Source: Patescibacteria group bacterium (lineage in GTDB: Bacteria > Patescibacteriota > Microgenomatia > PFEM01 > JAHIFH01). From it: a DNA stretch of 64,000 nucleotides. Positions 20,255 through 31,993 of the stretch are shown here, piece after piece (within the stretch, counting starts at the first letter, position 1; every line of letters begins with the position of its first letter). The position numbers and the translations under genes are program-made. Where the stretch lies: assembly GCA_035529375.1 (NCBI GenBank), contig DATKWU010000009.1, positions 157,848-221,847 of the forward strand, written 5' to 3'. Under the pieces are notes generated by a model that saw only the letters and a program-made list of their open reading frames with translations, had not been told where the DNA came from and ran no database searches.

Positions 20255-20687
20255 TTTTTCCTCGCGCTAAGTCTTTCTTTTTCTTGTTCGACTTTTTTGT
20301 TTTTTCTTTTCCTGACTTTTCTTCAGATTTGGGTTTAACCACTAATTCTAACTTCACCATGGTGGCATCATCACCACGACGTTGACCTAGGCGAATTATT
20401 CTAGTAAAACCACTTGATCTATCTTTAAATTGGGGAGTAATATTATCTACCAACTTATTAACAACCTTTCTATCATTAAAGAAAGCCTCTATCGTTCGTC
20501 GAGTGTGGAGAGTATTCTTTTTGCCCTTGGTAACTAAGCGATCAAAAAGTCGACGGACTGCCTTAGCCTTACTCTCGGTTGTTTTGATTTCCCCATGCAA
20601 AATCAAAGCGCTGAGTAAATTTTTAAACAGCGCTCTACGGTGACTTCTGCTTCGAGATAGTTTCTTTTTAGCCACTCTATGCTTCAT
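20223..20687 (-). CDS. rplQ: 50S ribosomal protein L17
   Basis: MKHR, I.TTESKAK, GFTRII, RRGD. Confidence 0.98.
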   Translation of the reverse strand: MKHRVAKKKLSRSRSHRRALFKNLLSALILHGEIKTTESKAKAVRRLFDRLVTKGKKNTLHTRRTIEAFFNDRKVVNKLVDNITPQFKDRSSGFTRIIRLGQRRGDDATMVKLELVVKPKSEEKSGKEKTKKSNKKKKDLARGKNEKNKDNQSK

Positions 20688-20734
20688 TTTACTCGATTCT
20701 CAGAAAAATAAGATTCTTGCTAAAGCAATCTCTC

Positions 20735-21658
20735 TTATTTCTTCTTTTTCTTGAGAGAAACTCCTTTTTGGGATAAGGCAGCTTCAACGATGTTGACCGA
20801 CTTTTCACCTAAATTTTTGACTTTAGCCAAATCGGCTTCGGTCGCCTCAACCAGATTAGCGACCGTACCATAACCTCCTTTACGAAGAGCGTTGGCGATT
20901 CTGGTTGGTAAGTCAAGCTCCTCCACTGTCAATCTCAAATTTAAATTAGGCATTTCACTCTTGGCCTTCTCCTTTTTAGGCATCTTTTTAGGAGAAGCTA
21001 TTTGTTGGAAATAGCCAACCAGAATCTCAGCTGCCTGTTTTAAGGCCTGACTGGGTTTAAGACTACCATCAGTGGTAATCTCGAAAACCAACCGATTCAA
21101 GTCAGTTCTCCGACCAACTCGAGTAGATTCGATTCGATAATTAACCTGAAGAATGGGACCAAAAATAGCGTCAATCGGAATCTCACCTAATTTTTCTACT
21201 TCTCTCTCTTCGGCCGGTAGATAACCATAACCAGTTTCAACAATCATCTCTGCCTTAAATCGATTCTTCCGACTAGCTAAATTGCCAATAACCAAGTCTG
21301 GATTAGCAATTTTAACATTAGCCGGTGTTTTAATATCACCAGCCTTAATTTCACCAGGACCAGTTTTTTCTAAAGTCAATTTGACTGGTTTTTTTCCTTC
21401 ATAACCAACCTTAACCTGTTTAAGGCCAAGAATAAACTCAATAATATCTTCCTTTAATCCTTCAAGAGTAGAAAATTTATGCTTAACGCCCGCGATCTTT
21501 ACTTGAGTGATGGCAGCACCTGGCAAAGCCGAAAGCAAAACTCGCCGCAAAGCATTACCCAGAGTGTGTCCAAATCCAAGCTCTAGGGGTTCAATCACAA
21601 AATGACCAAAATCTTGGGTTTCCTTTTCTTTTTTAATTCGAAATAATGGTTCTATCAT
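20735..21658 (-). CDS. rpoA: RNA polymerase alpha subunit
   Basis: EPLE.GFG.TLGNALRRVLL, alpha-CTD NLGEKS. Confidence 0.98.
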   Translation of the reverse strand: MIEPLFRIKKEKETQDFGHFVIEPLELGFGHTLGNALRRVLLSALPGAAITQVKIAGVKHKFSTLEGLKEDIIEFILGLKQVKVGYEGKKPVKLTLEKTGPGEIKAGDIKTPANVKIANPDLVIGNLASRKNRFKAEMIVETGYGYLPAEEREVEKLGEIPIDAIFGPILQVNYRIESTRVGRRTDLNRLVFEITTDGSLKPSQALKQAAEILVGYFQQIASPKKMPKKEKAKSEMPNLNLRLTVEELDLPTRIANALRKGGYGTVANLVEATEADLAKVKNLGEKSVNIVEAALSQKGVSLKKKKK

Positions 21659-21680
21659 AGACCTCCTTTTATTATTAAAA

Positions 21681-22304
21681 TTATCTTGAATAATATTCGA
21701 TTATTAACTTGTCGTCAATGGCAGCTTCAATTTCTTCTCTTTTTGGCAGACGCATCATTTTACCAATTGGGCCCTTCCTTTGCAACCATTTAGGCATATT
21801 TTTAGTCCTATCAGTCCAATTTTTCTCCACCGCTGCTATTTTCATCGCCTTCTCACTAATTCGAATAAGATCACCGGGTTTGACTTGATAAGAAGCAATG
21901 TTAACTTTCTTTTCATTAACATAAGCATGACCATGACTAACTAATTGCCTAGCAATTGACCGAGAAGGCGCTAAGCCTGAACGATAAACTACATTATCCA
22001 ACCTTGATTCTAAGAGTTGAAAAAGAACTTCACCGGTCACTTGAGGATTTTTAGATGCCTTATCAATATAGCGGCGAAATTGTTTCTCTAAAATACCATA
22101 GAGTCTCCTCGCTTTTTGTTTTTCCCTCAACTGCTGACCATATTCACTTAATCTTTTCCTTAACCTAGGACCATGCTGGCCTGGAGGTACTGCACCCTTT
22201 CTTTCAATCGGGCACTTGGGCGAATAACAACGCTCACCCTTTAAAAAAAGTTTGATTCCTTCGCGTCGGCAGAGTCGACATTTAGCATCAGTATATCTTG
22301 CCAT
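21681..22304 (-). CDS. rpsD: 30S ribosomal protein S4
   Basis: CRLCRREG, LESRLDNVVYR, IIEYYSR. Confidence 0.99.
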   Translation of the reverse strand: MARYTDAKCRLCRREGIKLFLKGERCYSPKCPIERKGAVPPGQHGPRLRKRLSEYGQQLREKQKARRLYGILEKQFRRYIDKASKNPQVTGEVLFQLLESRLDNVVYRSGLAPSRSIARQLVSHGHAYVNEKKVNIASYQVKPGDLIRISEKAMKIAAVEKNWTDRTKNMPKWLQRKGPIGKMMRLPKREEIEAAIDDKLIIEYYSR

Positions 22305-22712
22305 TTAAACTCTCCTTTTCTTTTTTGGCCTTGGTCCATTATGAGGAATTGGGGTCACGTCAGCAATCAAACTCATTTTGATGCCAGCGGCTCTCAGAGC
22401 CCTTAAGGCTGAATCGCGGCCCGATCCTGGGCCTTTAATGTAAACTTCAACTTCCCTGAAACCGTGAGCTAAAGCTTTTTTAGCGGCTTTTTCAACGGTA
22501 CTAATAGCCGCAAAAGGAGTTGATTTCCTTGCTCCCTTAAAACCGACTTCACCCGAACTCCCCCAACAAACGGTATTACCTTTTAAATCAGTAAAGGTAA
22601 TGATCGTGTTGTTAAAAGTAGCCTGAATGTAAACTTTTCCTTTAGCCACAATCTTAGGCTCTTTCTTTTGGGGTTTGGTTTTAGTTTTTTCTTTTTTAGC
22701 TTTAACCATCAT
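22305..22712 (-). CDS. rpsK: 30S ribosomal protein S11
   Basis: [22 protein letters not shown]. Confidence 0.99.
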   Translation of the reverse strand: MMVKAKKEKTKTKPQKKEPKIVAKGKVYIQATFNNTIITFTDLKGNTVCWGSSGEVGFKGARKSTPFAAISTVEKAAKKALAHGFREVEVYIKGPGSGRDSALRALRAAGIKMSLIADVTPIPHNGPRPKKKRRV

Positions 22713-23152
22713 GCCTCCTTGTCCTCTTTAGCTACTTTTTCCTCTTCTGGATTCTTCTCGGCAACACCAAACTTAGTTAAATCCTTCTTGCGCATTGCTC
22801 CAATTGTCTTTCGCTTACCCCTTTTTGTCCGAGCATTTGATCGAGTTCTCTGGCCACGAGAAGGTAAGCCCTGTAAATGTCTTGTTCCTCGATAACTTCC
22901 CGTCACTTTCAGTTGTTTAATATTCTCGTTCACAATCGTTCTTAACTCTCCCTCCGTAGGTATTTTTTCAACCGTCTTTTGTAAACGAGTAATTTCTTCA
23001 GCCGTCAAATCCTTAATTCTTTTATTAGCATCAACGGCCGCTGTTTCTAAAACCCCTTGAACATTCTTACGACCAATACCATAAATTGCGGTTAAACCAC
23101 TATCAACTTTCTTTTCAACTGGTAAATCAACTCCGGCAATTCGAACAGCCAT
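22709..23152 (-). CDS. rpsM: 30S ribosomal protein S13
   Basis: [21 protein letters not shown]. Confidence 0.99.
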   Translation of the reverse strand: MAVRIAGVDLPVEKKVDSGLTAIYGIGRKNVQGVLETAAVDANKRIKDLTAEEITRLQKTVEKIPTEGELRTIVNENIKQLKVTGSYRGTRHLQGLPSRGQRTRSNARTKRGKRKTIGAMRKKDLTKFGVAEKNPEEEKVAKEDKEA

Positions 23153-23154
23153 GA

Positions 23155-23268
23155 TTAACCCTGTCTTTGCTTATGGCGAGGATTAGAACAAATAACGTAG
23201 ACTCGCCCTCGCCGGCGAGCAATTTTACAATTTTTACAACGTTTTTTAACTGACGCTTTAACTTCCAT
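23155..23268 (-). CDS. rpmJ: 50S ribosomal protein L36 (not in ORF track)
   Basis: Manual translation [37 protein letters not shown]. Confidence 0.97.
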   Translation of the reverse strand: MEVKASVKKRCKNCKIARRRGRVYVICSNPRHKQRQG

Positions 23269-23270
23269 AA

Positions 23271-23489
23271 TTATTTCTCCCGATAAACTATTCTTCCTTT
23301 CGTCTCATCATAAGGTGTCAATTCTACCCGAACCTTATCTCCAGGCATCACTCGAATGTGATGGATTCTTATCTTGCCTGAAAGATGACACAAAAGCTTT
23401 CTACCATCTTCCAGTTCGACCCTAAACATTGTATTGGGCAAGGCTTCGGTGACTGTCCCGGTAGTTTCTTCTTTTTTCTCTTTAATCAT
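23271..23489 (-). CDS. infA: translation initiation factor IF-1
   Basis: EALPN.MFRV, GD.V.VE..PYD..KGRI.YR. Confidence 0.98.
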   Translation of the reverse strand: MIKEKKEETTGTVTEALPNTMFRVELEDGRKLLCHLSGKIRIHHIRVMPGDKVRVELTPYDETKGRIVYREK

Positions 23490-23496
23490 TGATTGA

Positions 23497-23525
23497 ATTT
23501 TAACAAAATTTAGTTACTTTTTCAA
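23497..23525 (-). promoter_or_regulatory. sigma70 promoter of infA (probably leaderless)
   Basis: TTGAAA-17-TAAAAT with TG extension, 7 nt before ATG. Confidence 0.55.
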
Positions 23526-23542
23526 GCTTAATTAGGCATAAA

Positions 23543-24301
23543 TCATTTTCGAGTCAAAACTAATGGCTCTCCTGGAGTCACAAGAATTGTGTCTTCAAAA
23601 AGAGCCGCTAAATGACCATCAACTGTTTCTACTGTCCAACCATCTTCTCCTACCATGACTTCCGAATTTCCTTGGGTATAAATTACCTCAATGGCCAAAG
23701 TCATGCCAGGCTTCAATTTTTCAGTCTCCTCTATTCTTTTTTGCAAATAACAGGGTATTTGAGGTGGTTCGTGTAATTTTTTTCCCACCCCATGACCCAC
23801 TAAAGCCTGAACTGGTTGCCAACCTTTGCTCTTAATTGTTGTTTGGATTGCCTGAGAGAGATGGCCAATCCGATTACCTAGTCTGACTGACTTAATAGCA
23901 ACCTCTAAAGCCTCCCTACCAACCGATAGAAATTCTCTTTCCTTAAGTCGTTGATTGGTGCCTATGTCACCTACTAGCAAGCTATTAGCCTTATCAGTGT
24001 GATAGCCTTTGTAAAAAATACCAATATCGACACTAAGAAGATCACCTACCTTTAATCGATAGTCATTAGGAATTCCATGAACAACTCCCTGATTAACATT
24101 TAAACAAGTCGCCCAATGATAATCCTTAACCATTTTGAAAGAAGGTTTCCCATTTTGTTTTTTAATGAGCTCTTCAGCCAGAGTATCGACCTCTTTTAAA
24201 CTCATTCCTGGCTTAATTTTGAGTTGTTCAAAAACCCAAGCCAATTTCTTGCCTCCCTCTTGCATTATCTTGATCTCTTTAGCTGTTTTTAGGGGAATCA
24301 T
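23543..24301 (-). CDS. map: methionine aminopeptidase
   Basis: VVHGIP, GHGVG..LHE.P, GMTLAIE. Confidence 0.95.
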   Translation of the reverse strand: MIPLKTAKEIKIMQEGGKKLAWVFEQLKIKPGMSLKEVDTLAEELIKKQNGKPSFKMVKDYHWATCLNVNQGVVHGIPNDYRLKVGDLLSVDIGIFYKGYHTDKANSLLVGDIGTNQRLKEREFLSVGREALEVAIKSVRLGNRIGHLSQAIQTTIKSKGWQPVQALVGHGVGKKLHEPPQIPCYLQKRIEETEKLKPGMTLAIEVIYTQGNSEVMVGEDGWTVETVDGHLAALFEDTILVTPGEPLVLTRK

Positions 24302-24945
24302 TGATTCAACCGTTTCATAATCTCCTGATGAATCACTTCGATTGGCCTCTCACCATCAATCTCTATCAAAATTCCCTGTTGGCGAACATAATTAATTAAA
24401 GGTTCAGTTAGTCGATGGTAAGTTTCCAATCTCTTCTTGACTATTTTTGGTTTGTCATCTTGGCGCAAAACTAACTTCACCTGACAAAAGTCGCAAAGTT
24501 TATCTTTTTTAGGCGGTCTTGTTACTAAATTATATTCTTTATCACATTTTGGACAGACTCGTCGAGAGCTAATTCTCTTAATTGAAGTCATCTCGATTAC
24601 CTTTAAATGAATTACTTTATTAATCTTAGTTCCTCGTTCAGTTAAAATTTTTTCTAAATCCTGATATTGGCTCAATTTTCTTGGATAGCCATCAAAAACA
24701 ATTCCCTTACTAGTTTTGACTTTATCTAGCCAAGAATTGGCTACCTTTTTAATAACTGAGTCAGGAACTAAAGTACCTTGTTGATAAATAATTTGATTGA
24801 TCTTTTCGCCAAGAGATGTCTTTTGTTTAGCAATCTCTCTAAGAACTTCGCCCATCTCAAGATGAGCAAACCCAAGTTTTTTAGCTAAAAGCTCTGCTTG
24901 AGCACCCTTACCTGAAGCTTGTGGTCCTAAAACAATAAAATTCAT
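24298..24945 (-). CDS. adk: adenylate kinase
   Basis: [15 protein letters not shown], Zn-lid CxxC..CxxC. Confidence 0.95.
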   Translation of the reverse strand: MNFIVLGPQASGKGAQAELLAKKLGFAHLEMGEVLREIAKQKTSLGEKINQIIYQQGTLVPDSVIKKVANSWLDKVKTSKGIVFDGYPRKLSQYQDLEKILTERGTKINKVIHLKVIEMTSIKRISSRRVCPKCDKEYNLVTRPPKKDKLCDFCQVKLVLRQDDKPKIVKKRLETYHRLTEPLINYVRQQGILIEIDGERPIEVIHQEIMKRLNQ

Positions 24946-26228
24946 TTTAAAAAGCCCTCATAGCTTCTCATTGTCATCATCGCTTCTAGTTGACGAGTTG
25001 TCTCCAAAATGACCGAAACGACAATCAAAATCCCGGTACCGCCAATCGTCATAGTGGCAATCCCAGTTAAACCTTGGGCAATTGAGGGTAAAATGGCAAT
25101 CAAACCTAGGAAAATCGCTCCGGCTAAAGTGATTCGATTTAAAATTCGATTAAGATAATCAGCCGTTGGTTGACCCGGTCGAATTCCGGGAATGAAACCA
25201 CCATATTTACGAATTTCCTCAGCAATTTTGTCTGGATTAAAAACCACCGCCGTGTAAAAATAGGTGAAACCAACCACTAATAAGAAATAGGTAAGATTAT
25301 AGACAACACCGCCTGGTTGAAAGATGGTGGCCAAACTAACCGCTATTTTAGCAATCATTGGTTGAGGAACTCCCTGAAGAAAATTACCCAACATTGAGGG
25401 TAAAAGAATCAGGGAAACCGCAAAAATAATAGGAATCACTCCGGCTTGATTAATTTTCAAAGGTAAATAAGTTGATTGACCACCATAAATCTTTCTGCCT
25501 CTCATCCGACGGGCATACTGAATCCTAATTTTTCGACTCGCCTCGTCAACCACTATAATAGCCACAATTACCGCTAAGGCCATTGCTAGAAAAATGATGA
25601 GATTAAATAAATTACCTGGTTCGAAAATACTAAAAGTTTGACCAAGTTGGACCGGATAACGAGCGACAATACCGGCAAAAATTAACATGGAAATTCCGTT
25701 GCCAATGCCGTATTCACTAATCAGTTCGCCTAACCACATCAAGAAAATCGTTCCAGCCACCATGGTGATAACTAAACTAATTAAACTCAATGGTAAAAGG
25801 CTAGTAATGATCTGTTGGTTTTTTAAAAGAGCATACATACCCAAAGATTGAACCACAGCTAAAGGAACGGTTAAAATCCGAGTATATTGGTTAATTTTTT
25901 CTCGACCATATTCACCTTCTTTAGAAAGTTCTTCTAATTGAGGAATCACCATCGTCAATAATTGGAAAATAATTGAGGCATTAATATAGGGGTTAAGGCC
26001 AAGAGCCATAATTGAAAAATTAGCTAAAGTGCCACCCGAAAAAATATCTAATAAACCTAATAATTGATTGCGGGCAAAGAGCTCTCGCAGAGCGATGGTA
26101 TTAACTCCACCTACGGGAACATGGGCGGCAAAGCGAAAAACAATAAAAATCCCGGCCGTAAAAAGGATTTTTTTTCTTAATTCGGCAATCTTCCAGGCGT
26201 TAAGAAGAGTATTAAGAATTCTATTCAT
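24942..26228 (-). CDS. secY: preprotein translocase SecY
   Basis: [28 protein letters not shown]. Confidence 0.99.
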   Translation of the reverse strand: MNRILNTLLNAWKIAELRKKILFTAGIFIVFRFAAHVPVGGVNTIALRELFARNQLLGLLDIFSGGTLANFSIMALGLNPYINASIIFQLLTMVIPQLEELSKEGEYGREKINQYTRILTVPLAVVQSLGMYALLKNQQIITSLLPLSLISLVITMVAGTIFLMWLGELISEYGIGNGISMLIFAGIVARYPVQLGQTFSIFEPGNLFNLIIFLAMALAVIVAIIVVDEASRKIRIQYARRMRGRKIYGGQSTYLPLKINQAGVIPIIFAVSLILLPSMLGNFLQGVPQPMIAKIAVSLATIFQPGGVVYNLTYFLLVVGFTYFYTAVVFNPDKIAEEIRKYGGFIPGIRPGQPTADYLNRILNRITLAGAIFLGLIAILPSIAQGLTGIATMTIGGTGILIVVSVILETTRQLEAMMTMRSYEGFLK

Positions 26229-26815
26229 CTCTTAACTTCTTTTTTATTAACTTTGGTTATTTCTTTTTTCTTCTTTGCTGCTTCCTTTTGGGTTTTAACT
26301 GGTTTTGTTTTCTTTTTCTTGGCCGGCTTAGACTTTAATCGATTGGCCTTAGGTTGCTTTTCAACCTCAACTACCTTGCCTCCGGCTTTTTCAATTTTTT
26401 TAGTCGCTCCTTTAGAGGCGGGTAACTCAATCGTCAGCGCCACGTTCAAATCACCATCACCTAAAATTTTAACTCCTTGTTTTTCAGCTTTATCACTTGT
26501 TATAATTCTCTTTTTGGCCAGAGTGGTCAAATTAACCTTTTCCCCTTTCTTAAAAAGATTAAGATATTTAAGGTTAACCACCAAGGGTTTAGGCTTTAAT
26601 GACTTAAATCTTCCTTTACCTCGCTGAAGCGGCAATTTTTTGATAAAGGATTTTTTTGTTTTAGTTCCTTCAAAGGTCAAACCAACCTTGCCTCGAGCTT
26701 TTAATCCCTTCGCACCTCGACCAGAAGTATGACCACCTTTTCCCGAACCATAACCCCGACCAACTCTTTTCTTTTTCCTCTTAGTAGTTTTTGGTAATTT
26801 ATCTAATTTTATCAT
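26225..26815 (-). CDS. rplO: 50S ribosomal protein L15 (Lys-rich C-terminal extension)
   Basis: [21 protein letters not shown]. Confidence 0.97.
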   Translation of the reverse strand: MIKLDKLPKTTKRKKKRVGRGYGSGKGGHTSGRGAKGLKARGKVGLTFEGTKTKKSFIKKLPLQRGKGRFKSLKPKPLVVNLKYLNLFKKGEKVNLTTLAKKRIITSDKAEKQGVKILGDGDLNVALTIELPASKGATKKIEKAGGKVVEVEKQPKANRLKSKPAKKKKTKPVKTQKEAAKKKKEITKVNKKEVKR

Positions 26816-26819
26816 TTTA

Positions 26820-27305
26820 TTAATTTCCTTTTGGATGTTTAAGCTGCTTCAAAGCTTCAAGCGTCGCATAAACATTATTAATCTTATTATTACTCCCCAG
26901 GATTTTAGAAACAATATCCTTTATTCCCGCCGCTTCAACCACCACCCGAACCGCACCACCGGCTTTAACCCCTGTGCCCGGAGGAGCTGGTTTGATTAAG
27001 ATTTTGGCAGCACCCCGTTTAATCCGCACCTCGTGAGGAATGGTAGTTCCTTTAATAGGCACCTCAATCATTTTCTTTTTAGCTTGTTTCATTCCTTTTT
27101 TGATTCCAGAAATAACGTCAGGCGCCCTGCCCAAACCAACACCAACCTTTCCCTTTTTATCACCAACAACGGTCAGAACCGAAAAGCTAATCCGATTACC
27201 TCCCTTTGTCTTTTTCGAAACTCGATTGACTTGAACCACCTTCTCTTCAAATTCTCTTTCTCCTTGATTTTCTTCCATCATTCTTCTTCTAGGTTGATTA
27301 AACAT
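26820..27305 (-). CDS. rpsE: 30S ribosomal protein S5
   Basis: [20 protein letters not shown]. Confidence 0.98.
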   Translation of the reverse strand: MFNQPRRRMMEENQGEREFEEKVVQVNRVSKKTKGGNRISFSVLTVVGDKKGKVGVGLGRAPDVISGIKKGMKQAKKKMIEVPIKGTTIPHEVRIKRGAAKILIKPAPPGTGVKAGGAVRVVVEAAGIKDIVSKILGSNNKINNVYATLEALKQLKHPKGN

Positions 27306-27348
27306 TGTTTTATTTTTCTTAATTTTAAATTAATTTTTTAAACCTTAA

Positions 27349-27699
27349 TTAAAATTTAAGACCTCCTTCTCTGGCGCCTTCAGCAAGCGCTTTAACTCGT
27401 CCGTGATAGCGATAAGGACCGCGATCAAAAATAACCTTTTTGATCTTTTTCTTCAGCGCTTTTTTCGCCAAGGCTTCCCCAATTAACTTAGCTTTCTTGA
27501 TTTTGGTAACTGGCTTAGCTTCTTTACCAAGATCTTTCTCACTCGATCCCACTAAAGTTTTACCCTGCTCATCATTAATAAGTTGAGTATAGATCCTCTT
27601 ATTAGAACGAAAAACCGATAGTCTGGGTCTCTCGTTTGTCCCTTTAATTTTCTGTCTGACTCTGTTTTTTCTTTTTAATTCTTGCTCTTTTTTAGTCAT
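27349..27699 (-). CDS. rplR: 50S ribosomal protein L18
   Basis: [20 protein letters not shown]. Confidence 0.98.
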   Translation of the reverse strand: MTKKEQELKRKNRVRQKIKGTNERPRLSVFRSNKRIYTQLINDEQGKTLVGSSEKDLGKEAKPVTKIKKAKLIGEALAKKALKKKIKKVIFDRGPYRYHGRVKALAEGAREGGLKF

Positions 27700-27711
27700 C
27701 TTCCCTCCTGA

Positions 27712-28278
27712 TTATTCACCACCACCAAAACCACCTTCGCCTGTCTTACCGGCTTTACCTGGTTTTCGCCTTACTTCTTCGTCTTGATAACGAACACCTT
27801 TGCCTTTATAAGGTTCGGGTGGTCTAATCTGACGAATTTTGGCGGCTACTTGACCAACTAAGGCTTTATCGATTCCAGAGATTTTGATTGTTTCTTTATC
27901 CTCAACTTCAAATTGGATTTCTTTAATTGGTTCAACTACCACTGGATGAGAAAAACCTAAAGACAAAACCAAATTTTCCTCCTGCTTTTCTACCCGATAA
28001 CCTGTGCCTACTAATTTTAAGACTTTACTGTAGCCTTGAGTGACACCTGTAATCATATTAGCCACTAAAGTTCTTATTAGGCCGTGCAAAGAACGGCTGA
28101 ATTTATCATTCTTTTTTCGAATGACTTTAATTTCATCTTGGCCAATCTCCAACTTGATTTCCGACCGAATCTTTTGCTTCAACTCGCCTAGGGGGCCTTT
28201 TACTGTCAAAGTTGAACCATGATAATTAATTTCGACTCCCTCTGGTATTTTAACTGGTTGTTGACCTATTCTCGACAT
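27712..28278 (-). CDS. rplF: 50S ribosomal protein L6
   Basis: MSRIG, LGFSHP, PEPYKGKG. Confidence 0.98.
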   Translation of the reverse strand: MSRIGQQPVKIPEGVEINYHGSTLTVKGPLGELKQKIRSEIKLEIGQDEIKVIRKKNDKFSRSLHGLIRTLVANMITGVTQGYSKVLKLVGTGYRVEKQEENLVLSLGFSHPVVVEPIKEIQFEVEDKETIKISGIDKALVGQVAAKIRQIRPPEPYKGKGVRYQDEEVRRKPGKAGKTGEGGFGGGE

Positions 28279-28285
28279 TTTTCCT

Positions 28286-28678
28286 TTACCATAATTGACA
28301 AATAACTTCGCCGCCAAGTTTTTTCTTTCTGGCTTGTTTATCGGTCATTAAGCCTTTAGAGGTAGAAAGAATTCTCATCCCAAAACCACTCCGAACTGGC
28401 TTCAATTCTTCAGCTTGAAGATAAACCCTCAGACTAGGCTTCGAAACGCGTTCTATACTTGTAATCGCCGGCTCCTGGTAAGGATATTTCAAACCAACAA
28501 CTAATTGTTTCTCTTGAGGTTTTTTACCTTCAACTTCTATCTTTTTGAGATAGCCTTCCTGAACCAAAATCTTAGTTAAATTTTCTTTAGCAGCCGAATA
28601 AGGCACTTCAAATTTCCTTTTTCGAACGGCATAGCCATTTCTAATTCTGGTAATCAAATCACCAATTGGATCAGTCAT
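28286..28678 (-). CDS. rpsH: 30S ribosomal protein S8
   Basis: TDPI.D..TRIRN, STSKG, GGE. Confidence 0.98.
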   Translation of the reverse strand: MTDPIGDLITRIRNGYAVRKRKFEVPYSAAKENLTKILVQEGYLKKIEVEGKKPQEKQLVVGLKYPYQEPAITSIERVSKPSLRVYLQAEELKPVRSGFGMRILSTSKGLMTDKQARKKKLGGEVICQLW

Positions 28679-28679
28679 T

Positions 28680-28865
28680 TTACCAACTTGCCTTGGTCAC
28701 CCCAGGCAACTCTCCTCTATGAGCTAATTCACGAAAACAAAGCCGACAAAGACCAAAAAGACGTAAAAAGCCTCTTGGCCGACCACAAAGCTGACAGCGA
28801 TTGTGTTGTCGAGTCGGATACTTTGGTTTTCGACCATCTTTAACGACTTTTGATTTTTTTGCCAT
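28680..28865 (-). CDS. rpsZ: 30S ribosomal protein S14 (type Z, zinc-binding)
   Basis: RC.LCGRP..CRLCFR..PGV.KASW. Confidence 0.97.
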   Translation of the reverse strand: MAKKSKVVKDGRKPKYPTRQHNRCQLCGRPRGFLRLFGLCRLCFRELAHRGELPGVTKASW

Positions 28866-29419
28866 TATTTTTCTCCTTTTTCAAAAGGCATACCTAATAA
28901 CTCTAACAATCTCTTGGCCTTTTCGTTTGTTCGGGCATTAGTCACAAGCGTCATCTCCAAACCTCTGACTTTGTCCACCCTAGAATGGTCAATCTCTGAA
29001 AAAACAATCTGTTCTGATATCCCAAGACTGTAATTACCCTGACCATCAAAGCTCTTCAAAGAAACCCCTTGAAAATCTCTTAACCGAGGTAAAACGACGC
29101 TTATCAGCTTTTCTAAAAAATCATACATCCGGCGGCCTCTTAAAGTAACCATGAGGCCAATTGGCTGGCCTTTGCGCAATTTAAAACCAGCAATTGATTG
29201 CCGAGCCAGAGTCATTTTAGGTCGTTGGCCAGTAATCACCGCTAAATCTTCACTGGCTGACTTTAAAGCCTTCTTGTCAGTTAAAGCATCACTTAAACCA
29301 ATATTAACCATAATCTTCTCCAATCTTGGTGCCGCTAAAGAATTACCTAGATCAAATTCTTTAGCCAGTTGAGGAGCAATTTCCTTCTGATATTTTTCTT
29401 TTAAATTGTTGCTTGACAT
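28865..29419 (-). CDS. rplE: 50S ribosomal protein L5
   Basis: ITGQ.P, VTLRG.RM, FDG.GNY. Confidence 0.98.
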   Translation of the reverse strand: MSSNNLKEKYQKEIAPQLAKEFDLGNSLAAPRLEKIMVNIGLSDALTDKKALKSASEDLAVITGQRPKMTLARQSIAGFKLRKGQPIGLMVTLRGRRMYDFLEKLISVVLPRLRDFQGVSLKSFDGQGNYSLGISEQIVFSEIDHSRVDKVRGLEMTLVTNARTNEKAKRLLELLGMPFEKGEK

Positions 29420-29730
29420 TTTCGACAGATTCTTGTTTTAACCGCCTTACTATGAACCTTGCCACTCTTTTGTTCAATTCGATAACCGACTCGGGTCGGT
29501 TTTTTACATTTCGGACAAAAAAGGGCGACGTTAGCCACGAATAAAGGTTTAACAATTTCAATAATCCCGCCTGGTTTTTTCTCGCTTTGCTTCCGAGCAT
29601 GTTTTTTATAAACATTAATGCCGGGAATAAGCACCTTATTGGTCTTGGGAAAAATTTTTTCAATTTTTCCTTTTCGACCTTTATCTTTACCTTTAAGAAC
29701 GATAACTGAATCACCTTTCCTTATTTTCAT
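29401..29730 (-). CDS. rplX: 50S ribosomal protein L24
   Basis: KGD.V.V..GKDKG, GGI, TRVG. Confidence 0.98.
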   Translation of the reverse strand: MKIRKGDSVIVLKGKDKGRKGKIEKIFPKTNKVLIPGINVYKKHARKQSEKKPGGIIEIVKPLFVANVALFCPKCKKPTRVGYRIEQKSGKVHSKAVKTRICRKCQATI

Positions 29731-30095
29731 ATAACCTCCTTAGCCAAAGAAACAATCTTAGCATAACCTAAATCTTTAATTTCCCTAGCCACTGGACCTA
29801 AAATTCTGGTTCCTTTTGGGTTGCCATGCTTATCAATAATCACCGCCGCATTATCATCAAAACGAACAAAAGAACCATCAGCCCGACCCTGTTCCTTCTT
29901 GGTTCTAACAATGACAGCCTTAACTATCTCGGCATCTTCAACCACGCCATTAGAATCAGCCTGATCAACAACGGCCACGACAACGTCACCAATTTTACCG
30001 AATCGCCTCTTCGAACCACCTAAAACCCGGATTACTTTTAATTTTTTTGCCCCAGCATTATCGGCTGGTTTTAAGACCGTTCTTAATTGAATCAT
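29727..30095 (-). CDS. rplN: 50S ribosomal protein L14
   Basis: ADN.GAK, FDDNAAV, GTRI.GPV. Confidence 0.99.
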   Translation of the reverse strand: MIQLRTVLKPADNAGAKKLKVIRVLGGSKRRFGKIGDVVVAVVDQADSNGVVEDAEIVKAVIVRTKKEQGRADGSFVRFDDNAAVIIDKHGNPKGTRILGPVAREIKDLGYAKIVSLAKEVI

Positions 30096-30322
30096 TTTTT
30101 AACCACCTCTAAAACCTTCCATTTTTTAGTTTTGCTGATTGGTTTTGTCTCCGTAATAATGACTTGATCGCCAACTTTAACCCCCAATTCATCATGGGCA
30201 TGAAATTTTTTCTTAACTTTCATTCTCTTTTTATAAATAGGATGAGTCTTAAACCTAATAATCTCAACAGTAGCCGTTTTATTCATTTTAGTCCTAACAA
30301 CTTCACCTTTAAATTTTTTCAT
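30092..30322 (-). CDS. rpsQ: 30S ribosomal protein S17
   Basis: KMNKT, HP.YKK, P.SKTK.W. Confidence 0.98.
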   Translation of the reverse strand: MKKFKGEVVRTKMNKTATVEIIRFKTHPIYKKRMKVKKKFHAHDELGVKVGDQVIITETKPISKTKKWKVLEVVKK

Positions 30323-30522
30323 TTAGTTAACTCCTTTTCTCTTAGAATTGTTTTTAAAACCGCCAGATGATGACGCTGATTCATTAACTGACGAGTGTTC
30401 TTAAGTTTACCTGCTCTTAATTCTAATCTTAACTTAGTTAATTTTTCCTCTACCTTAATAATTTCTTTTTGTAATTGAGCGATGGTTTTTTGATGCAATT
30501 CCTGTTTTTCTTTATCTTTCAT
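30319..30522 (-). CDS. rpmC: 50S ribosomal protein L29
   Basis: C-terminal 67 aa of ORF 30319-30792 (start MKDKEK); position between rplP and rpsQ. Confidence 0.92.
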   Translation of the reverse strand: MKDKEKQELHQKTIAQLQKEIIKVEEKLTKLRLELRAGKLKNTRQLMNQRHHLAVLKTILREKELTK

Positions 30523-30523
30523 T

Positions 30524-30931
30524 CTACTCCTTCTTAATAAACTTAATTTTAAAAGGTAATTTGGCTCCGGCTCGCCTAATCGCTTCTTTAGCCATCTTTT
30601 CATCAACACCAGCCAATTCAAAAATAATTCTACCAGGTGTAACCACAGCAACGTGATGATCAATAGCGCCTTTACCCGATCCCATCCTGACGCCTGCTGG
30701 TTTCTTGGTAACTGGTTTATCGGGAAAAACTCGAATCCAAATTTTACCTTGTCTTTTGGTTTGATGGGTAATCGCTTTCCGAGCCGCTTCAATTTGCCGG
30801 GCCATCAGCCAACCGCGACCAAGACTTTTCAAACCATAATCACCAAAAGCCAAAGTTGAACCTTTAATTGACTTACCTTTCATTCTGCCTCGAAATTGTT
30901 TTCGGTATTTAGCTCTTTTTGGTTCTAGCAT
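30524..30931 (-). CDS. rplP: 50S ribosomal protein L16
   Basis: RQIEAAR, WIR.FP, RMGSGKG. Confidence 0.99.
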   Translation of the reverse strand: MLEPKRAKYRKQFRGRMKGKSIKGSTLAFGDYGLKSLGRGWLMARQIEAARKAITHQTKRQGKIWIRVFPDKPVTKKPAGVRMGSGKGAIDHHVAVVTPGRIIFELAGVDEKMAKEAIRRAGAKLPFKIKFIKKE

Positions 30932-30933
30932 GA

Positions 30934-31581
30934 TTATTCTTCTTTCTCGCCTTTATAAACCCAAACTTTCACTCCAACATAACCAAATCTAGTGGTGGCT
31001 GGAATTTGAGCATAGTCAATTTCCGCTCGCAAAGTCTGTAAAGGAATGGCTCCCTTTTTAAAAGTTTCTGTTCGACTAATTTCCGCCCCGCCGACTCGAC
31101 CTGAGAGAGCAATCTTAATCCCCTGAGCGCCGGCATCCATGGCTCGTTCAACCGTTTTATTGGCCACTCGCCGATAAGGCATCCTTTTCTCTAATTGCTG
31201 AACGACTCGAACCGCTATCAATTGGGCTGATAGTTCTGGTTCTTTGACTTCTTCAACATCCAACTCCAGATTCTTTTCTGGTTCAGTTAGACTAACCATT
31301 TTTACTAATTCCTTTTTTAAAAGCTCTAGGCCAGAACCGCCTCGACCAATGACCACTCCTGGCCGGGAAACTTTTAAGGTAATTTTCATTTTGTTAATTG
31401 ATCGTTCAATCTGAGCTTCAACGATACCGGCTAAAGCCAATTTATCCATAAGATAACGACGGATTTGATGATCCTCCAAAATATTTTTTCGATATTGTTT
31501 GGAATCACGAGCAAACCAACGTGATCGCCACTGCTTAGAATTTGTTAATCTAAATCCAAAAGGATTAACTTTTTGTCCCAC
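30934..31581 (-). CDS. rpsC: 30S ribosomal protein S3
   Basis: GTG start GQKVNP.GFR, PGVVIG, PL.TLRA.IDY. Confidence 0.98.
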   Translation of the reverse strand: MGQKVNPFGFRLTNSKQWRSRWFARDSKQYRKNILEDHQIRRYLMDKLALAGIVEAQIERSINKMKITLKVSRPGVVIGRGGSGLELLKKELVKMVSLTEPEKNLELDVEEVKEPELSAQLIAVRVVQQLEKRMPYRRVANKTVERAMDAGAQGIKIALSGRVGGAEISRTETFKKGAIPLQTLRAEIDYAQIPATTRFGYVGVKVWVYKGEKEE

Positions 31582-31987
31582 GTTTTTTTCCTTTTTTAAC
31601 TTTAGTAGAAATCGGTTTTTTCTCTTTCTTGATTGATTTTTTAGCCTTTTTTTCTTCCTCACCTTCAAGAATAATTTTAATATGAGCCATTTTCTTCAAA
31701 ATCTGATGAACTCTGCCTTTGGCAACAAAACGATAACGTTTCATTTGAGGGCCTTCACCAATTTCTAATCTTTTAATTTTCAGATCATCTTTCTTAAGAT
31801 GAAAATTATTTTCGGCATTGGCAATCCCTTGTCTTAAAGTTTTTAATAATAATCTGGCAGCCTTTTTATTGAAACTTTTCAAGATTATCTCTGCTTCTAG
31901 AGCCTTTAGACCACGAACCTCAGCCGCTACTAAACGTAACTTCCTTGGTGTCTGGCGAACAAATTTGGTTTGAGCAATAATTTCCAT
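31565..31987 (-). CDS. rplV: 50S ribosomal protein L22
   Basis: PRK.RLVA, ANAE.N, GP..KR. Confidence 0.97.
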   Translation of the reverse strand: MEIIAQTKFVRQTPRKLRLVAAEVRGLKALEAEIILKSFNKKAARLLLKTLRQGIANAENNFHLKKDDLKIKRLEIGEGPQMKRYRFVAKGRVHQILKKMAHIKIILEGEEEKKAKKSIKKEKKPISTKVKKGKKRGTKS

Positions 31988-31993
31988 TTTTCT

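Noticed and set aside
30523-30792. Long N-terminal extension of L29
   Set aside because: Overlaps rplP in another frame; true start is 30522.
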